DNA of 64,000 bases from Promethearchaeota archaeon (GCA_048938105.1 JBHLMN010000015.1:32001-96000); one strand, 5' to 3'; positions 1 through 10,651 are shown, counted from the first letter of the stretch. The notes: generated by a model not told the origin, from the sequence alone. A program made the numbers and translations.

Positions 1-227
1 AGTATTGGTAGTTCTAACTGTTGATCAATCGTTTGATTATAGTCCGAGGAAAAAAGAAGTGTTTGCATAATTTGAGATTGTATTAAATCTAGAATTTGTG
101 ACATTTCAATTTCTGCCAAATTTTCTCGAAATTGATCACTTAAAGTTGAGAACATGTTATTAGTAAGTAAGACCATACTAAGGCCTAAAATAAAGATGAT
201 CATAAAGGTAATATATTGGGAAGCCAT
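1..227 (-). CDS. Partial (runs off window start) pilin-like membrane protein
   Basis: Not in ORF track. My translation from ATG at 227 is MASQYITFMIIFILGLSMVLLTNNMFSTLSDQFRENLAEIEMSQILDLIQSQI..., open to base 1. N-terminal hydrophobic helix then amphipathic helix; directly downstream of another pilin-like gene. Confidence 0.55.
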   Translation of the reverse strand, partial: MASQYITFMIIFILGLSMVLLTNNMFSTLSDQFRENLAEIEMSQILDLIQSQIMQTLLFSSDYNQTIDQQLELPI

Positions 228-254
228 ATTAAACAACCATTATCATATTTTTCC

Positions 255-1127
255 TTAGGATGTTGAGAGACCAATTTCGTAAACCAATGTTTGTACCACA
301 ATATTGAAGTACTGAACAGTAAAGCCTGGAATAGTGTGAGTACTCCATATGGATGTAGTAGATATCCCTGATGGTTGGATATTATCCCAAACTAACTCTA
401 AACTTGCAATTGAACCATCCTTATTTGTTAAAGTGTGGGGAGTAGAATAATTAGTGGTAGCATGGACAGTAATTTGCTGGAATTGGGTATTGATGGTATC
501 AAAATCCGCAGAGAGTAAAATTAAAAAGACTTCAAAGCGGATTTCTGGTTCTGGTTGTGTCAAAATTGTCAAATATATGGATATTCGATAGTTTAAAGTT
601 ATATGATGCCTTCTATCATCAAGGTGGCTTAATGTCAGGTTAGTTAAATCTTGATAATCCACTGAAGAAAATACTCCAGTCAAAAATATAGGATCACGAG
701 TTTTGTAGGGGTCAGGCCCAGTTAGATATTTTGTAGAACCACGAGGTAGAACTGATCGGGGGCTATTATAAATCCAATCAAGGGCTCCAATCTCTTGTTC
801 TTCAAATATTTCATGCACAATATTATCATCTTGGTCGAGTAATCGTAAAGAAAAGTGATAACGGTCATCAATAAAATGAATTGTTCCTGCAGGTTTAGAG
901 AATAATACAGTACGAAATCCTCCGGGAGTTCCACTTTCACTTAGTAAAGCCTTTATTGTAGAATCTAGCTCTAAAAAGCTATTCCGAGCTGCAGCAATCG
1001 CCTCTTCACTCTGTGCCTGTTCTATGTACGGGATAACTTGAACAAAGGTGATCATAACTCCTGTAATTATCAATCCAAATATTATGACGGTTGCTAAAAC
1101 AGGTGAGACACTCCGACGTTTCATCAT
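255..1127 (-). CDS. Archaeal type IV pilin-like protein (class III signal peptide)
   Basis: MMKRRS/VSPVLATVIIFGLIITGVMITF matches the archaeal prepilin pattern (basic residues, then VSPV.AT and a hydrophobic stretch). Start moved from ORF-track 1211 to ATG 1127 on that basis. Confidence 0.7.
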   Translation of the reverse strand: MMKRRSVSPVLATVIIFGLIITGVMITFVQVIPYIEQAQSEEAIAAARNSFLELDSTIKALLSESGTPGGFRTVLFSKPAGTIHFIDDRYHFSLRLLDQDDNIVHEIFEEQEIGALDWIYNSPRSVLPRGSTKYLTGPDPYKTRDPIFLTGVFSSVDYQDLTNLTLSHLDDRRHHITLNYRISIYLTILTQPEPEIRFEVFLILLSADFDTINTQFQQITVHATTNYSTPHTLTNKDGSIASLELVWDNIQPSGISTTSIWSTHTIPGFTVQYFNIVVQTLVYEIGLSTS

Positions 1128-1676
1128 GAAAAATCTGACATGAATAAGTTTAAAATGGGAAATAGTATGATTAGTCAAGTTAGATCCCTTTCTATCATTT
1201 TCTTCAACCAATAATCTCTATGAACAAGTCATACCTCAGGGATTTATTATTTAAGATTTTACGATTTAAGGATTTTTGTATTCCCAAGTAAAACATTAAA
1301 CTTTCAAATATAACCCTTCATAAGAGCATATATTTTCATATTTGTAACTAGTTCTGGAAAAAAGTTATTATCTGAGTTCATTTATATAGGTAACACTTGG
1401 TTTCTTTTAGTTGAACCAGAACATTTCTCTCGAACACAAAACTTCAGTTGACTTCGGTGGATAAGCCTAGAAAAAAAATATAAACACGGGCTCGTTATTA
1501 TCGCATTAATTCTGGTGAAGGAGCTTTTTGGTGGTAATTATCAAGACGAAATCATGTCAAATGATTTATAAAGGATAGTGAAGATAGATAACCCTGATTC
1601 AGTCATATTATTCTTAATTTCGTTATATTTATCAAAAGCAGAAAAGATTTAAGGGGTTCATGGGTTCAAAAAAATA

Positions 1677-2762
1677 ATGGTTCCCTATAATCCTATAAGA
1701 GAATCTTCCTCTAGGACGGGTAAGATAATGACACCAAAGAAAAAATCTGAAAAGACTGAAGCAGATTCCGCAGTAAAAGCTGAAGATAAGACTAAGCATG
1801 TGATATCAATCACTGATTTGCCTGGAATAGGCCCTTCTACTGCTGCCAAATTGGTGGAGGCAGGTTTTTCAACGTTAGAATCTATCGCAACCGTTTCAAT
1901 TGGAGAATTAACCTCAATTGCAAGTTTGGGTGAGAAAACGGTCAAAAAAATTATTGAATCTGCACGAGAAGCACTTGACATTGATTTTGAGACTGCTAAA
2001 TCAGTATTGGCCCGTCGTAAAGAATTAGCTAAAGTTACCACAGGCAGCCAGAAATTAGATGAACTATTTGGTGGTGGGGTTGAAACTGGTACTGTAACGG
2101 AGCTTTTTGGTGAATTTCGAACTGGAAAGACTCAGATAGCGCATCAGCTCTGTGTAACTGTTCAATTGCCCCGTGAAAAAGGAGGATTACGAGACAGTGA
2201 TAATTACCCTAAAGTTATCTACATTGATAGTGAAGGAACATTTCGTCCAGAACGAATATTGTCAATGGCTTCACGATGGAAGGAAGATTTAGATGAGGAT
2301 TTATTATTAGAAAACATTCTGCATGGACGTGCTCATAATTCCGATCATCAGATGGTATTAGTAGAAAAAATGATTAAAGATTATTTACCTACAGAGAATG
2401 TCAAGCTATTAGTAGTTGATTCAATGATTGCTCATTTCAGAGCAGAATATGTGGGACGGGGAACATTAGCTACTCGTCAGCAAAAACTTAATCAACATAT
2501 TCATACAATTTTAAGAGCTGCAGAGATCGGTAATCTTGTTGTTATTGTCACAAACCAAGTCCATGCCAAACCTGACCAATTCTTCGGTGACCCTACTCAT
2601 CCTGTAGGGGGACACATTGTTGCTCATGCTGCTCAAACACGTGTATACCTTAGAAAATCAAAAGGTGAGCGACGTATTGCTCGAATAGTTGATAGTCCTC
2701 TTCTTCCTGAAAATGAAGCAGTATTTGGATTGACAGAGATTGGGATTGTAGATGTAACCTAA
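1677..2762 (+). CDS. radA: DNA repair and recombination protein RadA
   Basis: N-terminal HhH (DLPGIGPSTAAKL), Walker A GEFRTGKTQ, YIDSEGTFRPER, RAEYVGRGTLATRQQKL. Start may be ATG 1728. Confidence 0.97.
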   Translation: MVPYNPIRESSSRTGKIMTPKKKSEKTEADSAVKAEDKTKHVISITDLPGIGPSTAAKLVEAGFSTLESIATVSIGELTSIASLGEKTVKKIIESAREALDIDFETAKSVLARRKELAKVTTGSQKLDELFGGGVETGTVTELFGEFRTGKTQIAHQLCVTVQLPREKGGLRDSDNYPKVIYIDSEGTFRPERILSMASRWKEDLDEDLLLENILHGRAHNSDHQMVLVEKMIKDYLPTENVKLLVVDSMIAHFRAEYVGRGTLATRQQKLNQHIHTILRAAEIGNLVVIVTNQVHAKPDQFFGDPTHPVGGHIVAHAAQTRVYLRKSKGERRIARIVDSPLLPENEAVFGLTEIGIVDVT

Positions 2763-3164
2763 GCAAATTTCAATTCTCCTGATCTTGAATAGAAAGATTA
2801 TGTCGTCAAACAACAATTTGACGAAGATGAATTTAAATGGTCTCGAATTTTCATTGATTTAATCAATAATAGAAAAAATATGCTACAATTTGTAGGTATT
2901 GATTGGTTTCCTCTAATTACATCAAAAAGTAGAGTCTTATTACCAAATTTTACTCCTTTTACTTTTTATAAAGTTAAAATCAAGTGTTTTGCTGAAAATG
3001 AAGATAATCGGGTCATCTAAAGTCCATCAATCATTGTTTGTTAATATAGCTTGAGACAAATGTGTATAGTAATAGTATAAGACTTTTTATAATTGGATGA
3101 CATTTTTTAGATATGCTAAGGTTCGATTTTAAAATTTTTAAAGTTGAAAGAGGTTTCCTGAATT

Positions 3165-3947
3165 ATGAGCTTCTCAAAGCTATTAGTTGATTCTAAGGAA
3201 GACTCAAGAAGTAATATTTGTGTTGGGTTGGACTTTGCCACATATGGAAGTAGAAAAGAGAAAACTCTTCAGCAAAATGAGGACAAGACCGAAGTAATTC
3301 TCAAGCTCATAGATAAGTTAAGTCCTTTTTGTTGTTCCTTTAAGGTTAATCGTCAATACATTCTCGATCTATCACTATCAGAAATTCAAATGATAACTGC
3401 AAAGGTTCATGAATATAGTCGGCCTATCATTATAGACCACAAAGTCTCCGATATTGGTACATCAAACGACCAAGCACTGTTTCGATTTAAAAATGAAGGA
3501 TTTGATGCATTCACAGCAAGCCCATTTCCAGGAAATGTTAAACAGATCTGTGATCTAGCTCATTCATACAAACTATCTTCAATAATCTTGGTTTTAATGT
3601 CCAATCCTGAAGCAGAATGGATGAAAAAATGTATTATGAATGGAATACCACTCTTCCAACATTTTGCTCGTTTAACAGAGAAATTTGCTGATGGTGCTGT
3701 GGTTGGAGCAACAGGACATGTTGGAGTGGAAGAATTGAGAATTATTGCAGAAGAGATTTCTGGGAAAGTTATCTTGTCCCCCGGTATTGGGGTGCAAAGA
3801 GGAGAGATAGAAAAATTACTCACTATTTTTAGAGATGATGTTATATTCAACATTGGCCGTGCGATTATTTATCATCAGAACCCAGTTGAAACTCTTAAAA
3901 AATTTAATAACTCTGTTAGATTAATATGTAACTCATTGGGGATGTAG
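3165..3947 (+). CDS. pyrF: Orotidine-5'-phosphate decarboxylase
   Basis: ICVGLD, DHKVSDIG (DxKxxDI) motif, VVGATG, SPGIGVQ, NIGRAI; lies in pyr cluster. Confidence 0.92.
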   Translation: MSFSKLLVDSKEDSRSNICVGLDFATYGSRKEKTLQQNEDKTEVILKLIDKLSPFCCSFKVNRQYILDLSLSEIQMITAKVHEYSRPIIIDHKVSDIGTSNDQALFRFKNEGFDAFTASPFPGNVKQICDLAHSYKLSSIILVLMSNPEAEWMKKCIMNGIPLFQHFARLTEKFADGAVVGATGHVGVEELRIIAEEISGKVILSPGIGVQRGEIEKLLTIFRDDVIFNIGRAIIYHQNPVETLKKFNNSVRLICNSLGM

Positions 3948-3948
3948 A

Positions 3949-5193
3949 TTGCTCCTAGAAAATGCTTTAATTTGGTTTCCAGAACAAAATATTCATGGTC
4001 ATATTCTTGTGAATGAAGAAACTGGGCTTATTGAGCGGATCTCTCGAGTAAAAGCATTTGGTAGTAATTCAGAGAATTCACGTATTAATTTGAAAGGAAA
4101 GTTAATCATTCCAAGTATTGTTGATATTCATTGCCATTTACGGGATTTTGAGGAAAATCATAAGGAAACATATGAAACAGGAGCTCTAGCGGCGGCAGCA
4201 GGTGGTTTTTCTACAGTTTTTGACATGCCCAATAAAAAAAATCCAATTAATTCCTCTGAAAGACTCAAGGCGGTTAAAGACAGAACTAAAAAAATCCAGG
4301 AAGTGGAGATTATTCCTTATATTCTCTTAAATAAAGATACAGAGACATCCCTATTATCCAATTATCCTTATTTTAAAGCTTACCTTGGTATTACAACGGG
4401 TAATTTTTTAACCAGTATTTTGGAAGTTATAGAATATTTAGTTCAATCCTCAGGAGTATTATCAGTGCATTGTGAAGATAATGCAAGAATTAAGGAGAAT
4501 CTAGAGCTATATCAAAATAATCTTGAAAATCATTGGAAAATAAGAGATCCTCAATCAGAGTTAGATGCTATTGAAAATCTTCTAAAAAAAACTAAAAATA
4601 TGATATTGAAAGGGAAATTACATATAGCTCACGTCACTCTTGTAGAGGCAATTAATATTCTGCAATTAGCGGATATATCCTTTGAAGTAACTCCACATCA
4701 TCTTTTCTTGAATTGTGATGATTTTACTCAACTTGGTGTGAAAGGTAAAATGAATCCACCATTGAGATCAAAAAAAGAACAGGAGAAACTGCTTGAAGCT
4801 TTTCTTCAGGGTCAAATTCAAATTATTGGTACAGACCACGCTCCACACACTCTCCAAGAAAAGGAAAATCTTGAATTATCTGGAGTTCCTGGCCTGGAAA
4901 CATGTCTTCCTCTTTTATTAAATTTTTGCAAACCAATAGATAAGAGAAAGTTAGATTTAATAGTCAATGCCCTTGCTATAAATCCTCGTCGCTTAATGAA
5001 TCTACCTGAAAAAGGAACTATTGCTGTAGGTGAACCCGCTAATTTAACAGTAGTTGATATGAAAAAGAAAAAGATTGTGCAAGGTGAGTTCCTTAAGACA
5101 AAATGCAAGTGGAGTCCTTGGGAGGGAATTGAATTACTTGGATGGCCAGTTCTCACTATACATGAAGGTAAAATTACTTATAATGATCTCTAA
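3949..5193 (+). CDS. pyrC: Dihydroorotase
   Basis: DIHCHLRD, DMPN, VHCED, EVTPHHL, MNPPLR, GTDHAPH motifs. Confidence 0.93.
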   Translation: MLLENALIWFPEQNIHGHILVNEETGLIERISRVKAFGSNSENSRINLKGKLIIPSIVDIHCHLRDFEENHKETYETGALAAAAGGFSTVFDMPNKKNPINSSERLKAVKDRTKKIQEVEIIPYILLNKDTETSLLSNYPYFKAYLGITTGNFLTSILEVIEYLVQSSGVLSVHCEDNARIKENLELYQNNLENHWKIRDPQSELDAIENLLKKTKNMILKGKLHIAHVTLVEAINILQLADISFEVTPHHLFLNCDDFTQLGVKGKMNPPLRSKKEQEKLLEAFLQGQIQIIGTDHAPHTLQEKENLELSGVPGLETCLPLLLNFCKPIDKRKLDLIVNALAINPRRLMNLPEKGTIAVGEPANLTVVDMKKKKIVQGEFLKTKCKWSPWEGIELLGWPVLTIHEGKITYNDL

Positions 5194-5205
5194 AAATTAA
5201 AACAA

Positions 5206-6063
5206 TTATTGAATAAAAGAATATTTTGAACCATCTGCTTTTCTACCAAATTTTCCAAAATCATTCACTTTTGCTATCACATTTCCACGAAATACGGGGC
5301 CGTCCTGACAAATACTGAGTCCTAAATCATCCATAAAACATGATCCACAGATTCCAAAACCACATCTAATATAGCGATCTGCTAGACAAATCTGAGTGTT
5401 TCTTTCCAAATTATGCTCTTGGGTAATTGTTAGAATTTTTTTAAGCATCAATTCAGGCCCACATGTATAAATCTCCCAATTTTTTTGTTTATCTAAGAGA
5501 TTACTAATAGTCATTTCCATTTTTTCCGAAACCAGACCATGAAATCCATAAGATCCATCCTCCGTGCAAAAAATAGTTTTAATGGATAATTTTTCGAATT
5601 CTTCTCTGAACAGTAATCCAGTCATAGTCTTCGCTCCTTGCATTAGTATAATCTCTCTAGTTTCAGAAGAATTATTTATTAATTGGTAGAGTAGAAAACG
5701 TAAAGGTGCTATTCCTATACCACCTGCTACAATTACCACGTTATTATTATGATCAAGATTAAATCCATTTCCATAAGGTCCTCTCAACCCTATTAGGAAT
5801 TTCTCTTCCTTTTGAATTATATCAGATGATGTAGGCCCAACCCCACAAATAACAAAGGATATCATATTCTCTTGAAAGTGATTAACTGCAATCGGAATCT
5901 CATCATCCCCAGGTAACCAAAGCATGAAATATTGACCTGGAGCTATTTTAACACATTTCTCTTCGGGAATAATAAAAGAAATAGTTGCGGTTCTCTCACT
6001 CTCCATATGTTTTCTGAAGATTGGTAAGCACATTGGTAGATTATAACGCTTAATCTTACTCAT
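5206..6063 (-). CDS. pyrK: Dihydroorotate dehydrogenase electron transfer subunit
   Basis: PGQYFMLW, RGPYGNGF, AGGIGIAP, CGPELM and [2Fe-2S] motif CGFGICGSC...C.DGPVF. Confidence 0.93.
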   Translation of the reverse strand: MSKIKRYNLPMCLPIFRKHMESERTATISFIIPEEKCVKIAPGQYFMLWLPGDDEIPIAVNHFQENMISFVICGVGPTSSDIIQKEEKFLIGLRGPYGNGFNLDHNNNVVIVAGGIGIAPLRFLLYQLINNSSETREIILMQGAKTMTGLLFREEFEKLSIKTIFCTEDGSYGFHGLVSEKMEMTISNLLDKQKNWEIYTCGPELMLKKILTITQEHNLERNTQICLADRYIRCGFGICGSCFMDDLGLSICQDGPVFRGNVIAKVNDFGKFGRKADGSKYSFIQ

Positions 6064-6994
6064 GAGCTCCTCCTCTCAACTCTTCTATAGACAGATCCTC
6101 TTGAATAAGATACGATTCTAGTCCCCCGAGTAATCTCGAAATTAATACTTTAGGTGAGGAATAATTAGTGAAAGCAGAACCTATCTGTACAGCACATGCA
6201 CCTGCTAGGATATATTCTACTATATCTTCCCAATTAGAAATACCCCCTAATCCTATTAGAGGTATTTTCGGCCCAATAGAATCATAAAGATCGTAAATAG
6301 CTCTTAGTCCTACTGGTTTAATAGCTTTACCCGAAAGCCCTCCTCTAATGTTTCCTAGAATGGGTTTCTTTGTTTTTATATCAATAAGCATAGCTTTAAC
6401 AGTATTAATTGCTACAAGGGCATTTGCGCCTGCTGTAACAGCTGCTTCTCCTATTATCGTTATATCAGCAATATTAGGAGTCAATTTAACCCAAACTGGA
6501 ATATTAGAAGTCTGTTTAGCTTGTTTAACTATTTCTTTAACAAGCTCAGGGTCAGTTCCAACTGCCATACCTAGTTCTTTTGCATGAGGGCAGCTTAAAT
6601 TTAGTTCAAATGCAAGAAATTCAACTTGTTTGTTATATTTTTCAAAACAATCAATTACAGAAACAAATTCTTCGGGAGATGAACCATAAATTGAAACAAT
6701 CAGTTCAACATCAGAATCTATATTTTGCAGTTCTTTTCGGAAATTAACGCATCCTGGATTAGCTAACCCTACTGCATTGACAATTGAGTGAATTTCGGAA
6801 AGATAAAGGACAGAAGGATTCGGATATCCTTTTCGAGGCTCTTTACCTATGGATTTTGTCGTAACAGCTCCAAGTCCTTCATGAAATAATCGATTGAGGC
6901 TCGAATAAGTAGATCCCAAGATACCAGAGGCCAGAATTAAAGGATTTCGGATCTTAACATTTCCAATAGAGGTTTTTAGGTTTTTCATAATCAT
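6056..6994 (-). CDS. pyrD: Dihydroorotate dehydrogenase catalytic subunit (class 1B)
   Basis: LASGILG, TTKS, ELNLSCPH, VKLTPN, INTV, GGLSG motifs. Confidence 0.95.
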   Translation of the reverse strand: MIMKNLKTSIGNVKIRNPLILASGILGSTYSSLNRLFHEGLGAVTTKSIGKEPRKGYPNPSVLYLSEIHSIVNAVGLANPGCVNFRKELQNIDSDVELIVSIYGSSPEEFVSVIDCFEKYNKQVEFLAFELNLSCPHAKELGMAVGTDPELVKEIVKQAKQTSNIPVWVKLTPNIADITIIGEAAVTAGANALVAINTVKAMLIDIKTKKPILGNIRGGLSGKAIKPVGLRAIYDLYDSIGPKIPLIGLGGISNWEDIVEYILAGACAVQIGSAFTNYSSPKVLISRLLGGLESYLIQEDLSIEELRGGAHE

Positions 6995-6996
6995 AA

Positions 6997-7497
6997 TTAG
7001 AGCATTAATGAGATATGTTCGTGTACATTGAAGATTACATCACAATATACACATCGTAGACTTATAGGGTGATAGTCCGTTAAAACAATAAATTCAGGTT
7101 TAACGTCCTCACGCTGGCTTGTAATGCAATTCAATCCTGGGCATCTTATTACTCCTGAAATTCTTTTTGGTGTCTTTATTTTTTCCTTTTCTATGATCAT
7201 ATAATCTTTAATATATGCAATATTACTACCAGATATTAATAAACCCAGTTTTTCGATATTTAGATCTTCTCTCTTCATGTTACGAATCTTTAACAAGTCT
7301 TTTCTACCAAATTTTCGCGAGGGAAGATTAATAGCAACAAACACGGAGTGAGGGAAGTTTTCATCAATATTTAAAGCTTTTAAAGCATAAAATGCTCGTC
7401 CTGGAGGTGTAATGTGATCAATAACTATTCCATTATCAATTTTTGCTACAATTAGCTCCTTTTCTGACTTTTCTTCAATGCTATTCAACAGATTCAT
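6997..7497 (-). CDS. pyrI: Aspartate carbamoyltransferase regulatory chain
   Basis: IDNGIVIDHI, KDLLKI, Zn site CPGLNCIT...RCVYC. Confidence 0.95.
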   Translation of the reverse strand: MNLLNSIEEKSEKELIVAKIDNGIVIDHITPPGRAFYALKALNIDENFPHSVFVAINLPSRKFGRKDLLKIRNMKREDLNIEKLGLLISGSNIAYIKDYMIIEKEKIKTPKRISGVIRCPGLNCITSQREDVKPEFIVLTDYHPISLRCVYCDVIFNVHEHISLML

Positions 7498-8434
7498 CTC
7501 CCAATAGATGATCTAGAATTGCCATCCGTATATAAACACCATTCTTAGCTTGTATAAAGTATTTTGCTTGAGGGAGTCGATCTATTTCATAAGGTATTTC
7601 ATCCACTCTTGGTAAAGGATGTAAAATTAATGAATTATCCTTAGCAGATCTGAGAAAGGATGAGTGTAGTTGAAAGGAACCTTTAACTTTCTGATAAAGC
7701 ATTGGATCAGGAAATCTTTCTTTCTGTAATCTTGTCACATAAAGAACGTCAAATTCGCTAATCACACCTGAAAGATCTTCCATTTCAATTAGTTCTAAGT
7801 TAGTTTCTTGAAGATCCAATCGTAACTCTTCTTGCAGACGTAAAGAAGGATGGGAAATGAGATATATAGTATTCCTACCAAATTTGCTCAAGGCTAGTAA
7901 TAATGATGAAATAGTTCTACTGTATCGCAAATCTCCCATGAGAGCAATATTTAATCCCGAGAGGCGGTCAAAAGACTCACGAATTGTAAAGATATCAAGA
8001 AGTGCCTGTGTTGGATGTTCTTGACTACCTGATCCCCCTGAAATCACTGGTACGCCAAATTTTTGGGCAATTTCTGCTGCTAGTTTCGCTGAACCTCGTA
8101 ATGGATGGCGAATTACAATTCCATCAGCATAATTCGCCAACATTGTAATCGTATCTGATAGAGACTCCCCTTTTTCAAGAGAAGTTCCTGCACTGCTTGA
8201 AAAACCAGTCACACTACCTCCAAGTCTTAACATTGCAATTTCAAAAGACAAACGAGTTCGTGTACTGGGTTCCCAAAAAGCTAAAGCTAAAATCTTTCCT
8301 TTCAGGCGATTTTTAAAATCAGATGGGTGTTGTTTAATCAATTTAGCATAATCTAAAATCCTAACGATATCCTGTTCTGATAAATCTCGTATTGCAACTA
8401 GATGCGAAGTACCTAAACCCTGATCGTTAACCAT
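7481..8434 (-). CDS. pyrB: Aspartate carbamoyltransferase catalytic chain
   Basis: FWEPSTRTRLSF, HPTQALLD, TRLQKER, HPLPR. Confidence 0.97.
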   Translation of the reverse strand: MVNDQGLGTSHLVAIRDLSEQDIVRILDYAKLIKQHPSDFKNRLKGKILALAFWEPSTRTRLSFEIAMLRLGGSVTGFSSSAGTSLEKGESLSDTITMLANYADGIVIRHPLRGSAKLAAEIAQKFGVPVISGGSGSQEHPTQALLDIFTIRESFDRLSGLNIALMGDLRYSRTISSLLLALSKFGRNTIYLISHPSLRLQEELRLDLQETNLELIEMEDLSGVISEFDVLYVTRLQKERFPDPMLYQKVKGSFQLHSSFLRSAKDNSLILHPLPRVDEIPYEIDRLPQAKYFIQAKNGVYIRMAILDHLLGDESVE

Positions 8435-8781
8435 TCATTCTTCTCCTTATTACCTAATTTTTAATTATTTTCTTAAGTACTTGAATTAAATTTAGTGGAA
8501 GTAATGAAATAGATTTTTGTCGGAATTATAATTAAGAATTAACTAGATATCCATTGATGTCTCTGTGTTTAGAATAATATACTCTGTAATTTATACATGA
8601 GCTATAGAAATAAATTTTTTCTACCTGCAATAGTGGCATACATTTTTCTTCAATTATTAAACAGAATTTCTCAATTAAATTATATTTTAATAAATTCAGC
8701 TATAAAAACTAGATGTGGCTGCTTCAAACAAGTTTTTAACAAACCTAGCTGGATCGATAGAAACAATGCTTAACAATTAGC

Positions 8782-9462
8782 TTATTGTAAAAAAGAAATT
8801 ATTTCTTCTAAATTTTTAGTTTGACAAACAAGATCTGCTGCCTTAGCTACCTTCTCCGAACTAGGTTCAATCGCAATAGAGAGTTCTGCAATCTTAAACA
8901 TATCAATATCCGCTGTTGAATCTCCTATAGCAATTGAATTTTGAAGAGGTATCTGAAAATGTTGAAGTACTTTTTTTAGGACGTCTCCTTTCTCGTTCCA
9001 TCCAATCTTCACTTTAACTTCTCCTGTGATTCGATTGTTATGTCGAATCAGTTCATTTCCAATCCAATAATCAAAGCCAAATTGAAGAGCTACCTTTTCT
9101 ACAATATCTTCTAAACCCATTGACAGTATAACTAATTTACATTCTTTTCCCTTTAGAAATGAAATCAGTTCCTTTGCGCCTTCACGTATCTTGATACTAG
9201 CAAGTGCTTTTTGATATTCTTCCTCTGTACGATCAATCCAAACTTCAGCATCAGCTTTATCGAATTCATAATAAGAGATCTCTCCTTTAAGAAATCGATG
9301 TAGAATAGCTTTACCATATATCTCCCAAGTTCCAAAAAATTCGTGAACTGCTTGCCATGATGATCTATAGTCAGCAGTTGTTAGAGTTCCATCTAGATCG
9401 AATGCTATTAATGTAGATTCTGATAATTGGATCTTTTTGGCCTTTTTTTGCATGAGAAACAA
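8782..9462 (-). CDS. HAD-IB family phosphatase (phosphoserine-phosphatase-like)
   Basis: Motif I FDLDGTL, motif II ILSMG, motif IV IGDSTADIDM. Confidence 0.85.
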   Translation of the reverse strand: MFLMQKKAKKIQLSESTLIAFDLDGTLTTADYRSSWQAVHEFFGTWEIYGKAILHRFLKGEISYYEFDKADAEVWIDRTEEEYQKALASIKIREGAKELISFLKGKECKLVILSMGLEDIVEKVALQFGFDYWIGNELIRHNNRITGEVKVKIGWNEKGDVLKKVLQHFQIPLQNSIAIGDSTADIDMFKIAELSIAIEPSSEKVAKAADLVCQTKNLEEIISFLQ

Positions 9463-9610
9463 GTAAATTCGATTATCAAAAATGATTTTCGTTCTGACAG
9501 GGAAAATTTATTTAATAAAAGCCAAAAGTTTTCGCAAAAATTCAATACATTCATGAATCAACTATTTAGAGAATCAATTGTAGTTCTCTTGTGCAAAGGA
9601 TGAAATAGGA

Positions 9611-10651
9611 ATGCGTGTAATCGTTAGTGGTATCAGTGGTTCAGGTAGATCTGATGCAGTAGAAGACCTGAAGAATTATCTTCAAAAGAACTATCCCAAG
9701 AAAAAATTAGTTGTAATGAACACCAATCGTATGATGTGGAAAACTGCACAGGAATTAAGAATGGATGTGAAACGTGAAAAAATGCTAGATCTCTCCCCTC
9801 CTACTTTTCAAGCATTGAGATCTACTGTTTTTGAACGTATTATCCGTGAAGTAGAAGAGTACGAAGAAAAGTACAGAAACGTTGCTATAATCATCAATAC
9901 GCATGCTACTTTCAGATGGAGAGAACATCTCTTGGCTGGATGGGATTTTTTCTATCTCACTAAATTAAAACCTGATCTATTTCTCACTATTATTAATGTA
10001 ATTAACGAGATTTATGAAGGCCTTGAAGCAAATCCACTCTGGAAGGGGATGAATAATCGACTCCAGTTGGGAATATGGCAAGAGGAAGAAGCTTTCACAA
10101 CGAAACTAATGGCTGAAATTCTAAAAAAACCTTTTTATATTATTGCACGCCGACAACCTCCCGAAACTCTCTATAAACTCATTTTTAAACATGAGGTGAG
10201 TGAAAAAGTATATCTATCTTACCCCATGACCCATATTCGAGATAAAGGTAAAAAAAAAGAGATTGAAAACCTCGCTCAAGAGCTCAGAAACTTAGGTTTG
10301 GTTGTATTTGATCCAGGAACAATGGAGCTCGAAAAAGTCCATAACGACATTCCCGAAGAAATTCGTTTATATGATTTCTATCAAACGGTCTATCGTGACT
10401 TCCAACTCATTGATCAAGGAACAATGGTTATTGTTTTCTATCCTGAGATTGTTCATTCGTCAGGAGTTGTAAACGAACAAGCTTACGGTTTTCGAAACAA
10501 TAAGTATGTCTTTGCAGTTTTTCCCGCGGAAAATCACAGCCCATTCACAAGCTTCTTTGCTGATAAAACATTCTTATCTGTTGATGAACTTATTTTATTC
10601 CTCAAGGAAGAGTTCATTCCTTCTCGTAAATTACAGATCGATGATTATTAA
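9611..10651 (+). CDS. Archaeal adenylate-kinase-like domain fused to a nucleoside 2-deoxyribosyltransferase-like domain
   Basis: N-terminal P-loop SGISGSGRS and IINTHATF (AdkA-like). C-terminal KVYLSYPM...VFDP...RDFQLID...SSGVVNEQAYG resembles the NDT/RCL fold pattern. Confidence 0.7.
   Translation: MRVIVSGISGSGRSDAVEDLKNYLQKNYPKKKLVVMNTNRMMWKTAQELRMDVKREKMLDLSPPTFQALRSTVFERIIREVEEYEEKYRNVAIIINTHATFRWREHLLAGWDFFYLTKLKPDLFLTIINVINEIYEGLEANPLWKGMNNRLQLGIWQEEEAFTTKLMAEILKKPFYIIARRQPPETLYKLIFKHEVSEKVYLSYPMTHIRDKGKKKEIENLAQELRNLGLVVFDPGTMELEKVHNDIPEEIRLYDFYQTVYRDFQLIDQGTMVIVFYPEIVHSSGVVNEQAYGFRNNKYVFAVFPAENHSPFTSFFADKTFLSVDELILFLKEEFIPSRKLQIDDY

Noticed and set aside
1560-1600. GTGAAGA...CTGA motif upstream of radA
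   Set aside because: Incomplete box set and a guide that is too short.
2792-3020. About 75-codon open frame after radA
   Set aside because: Preceded by an in-frame stop; only about 46 codons from the first ATG; no recognisable motif.
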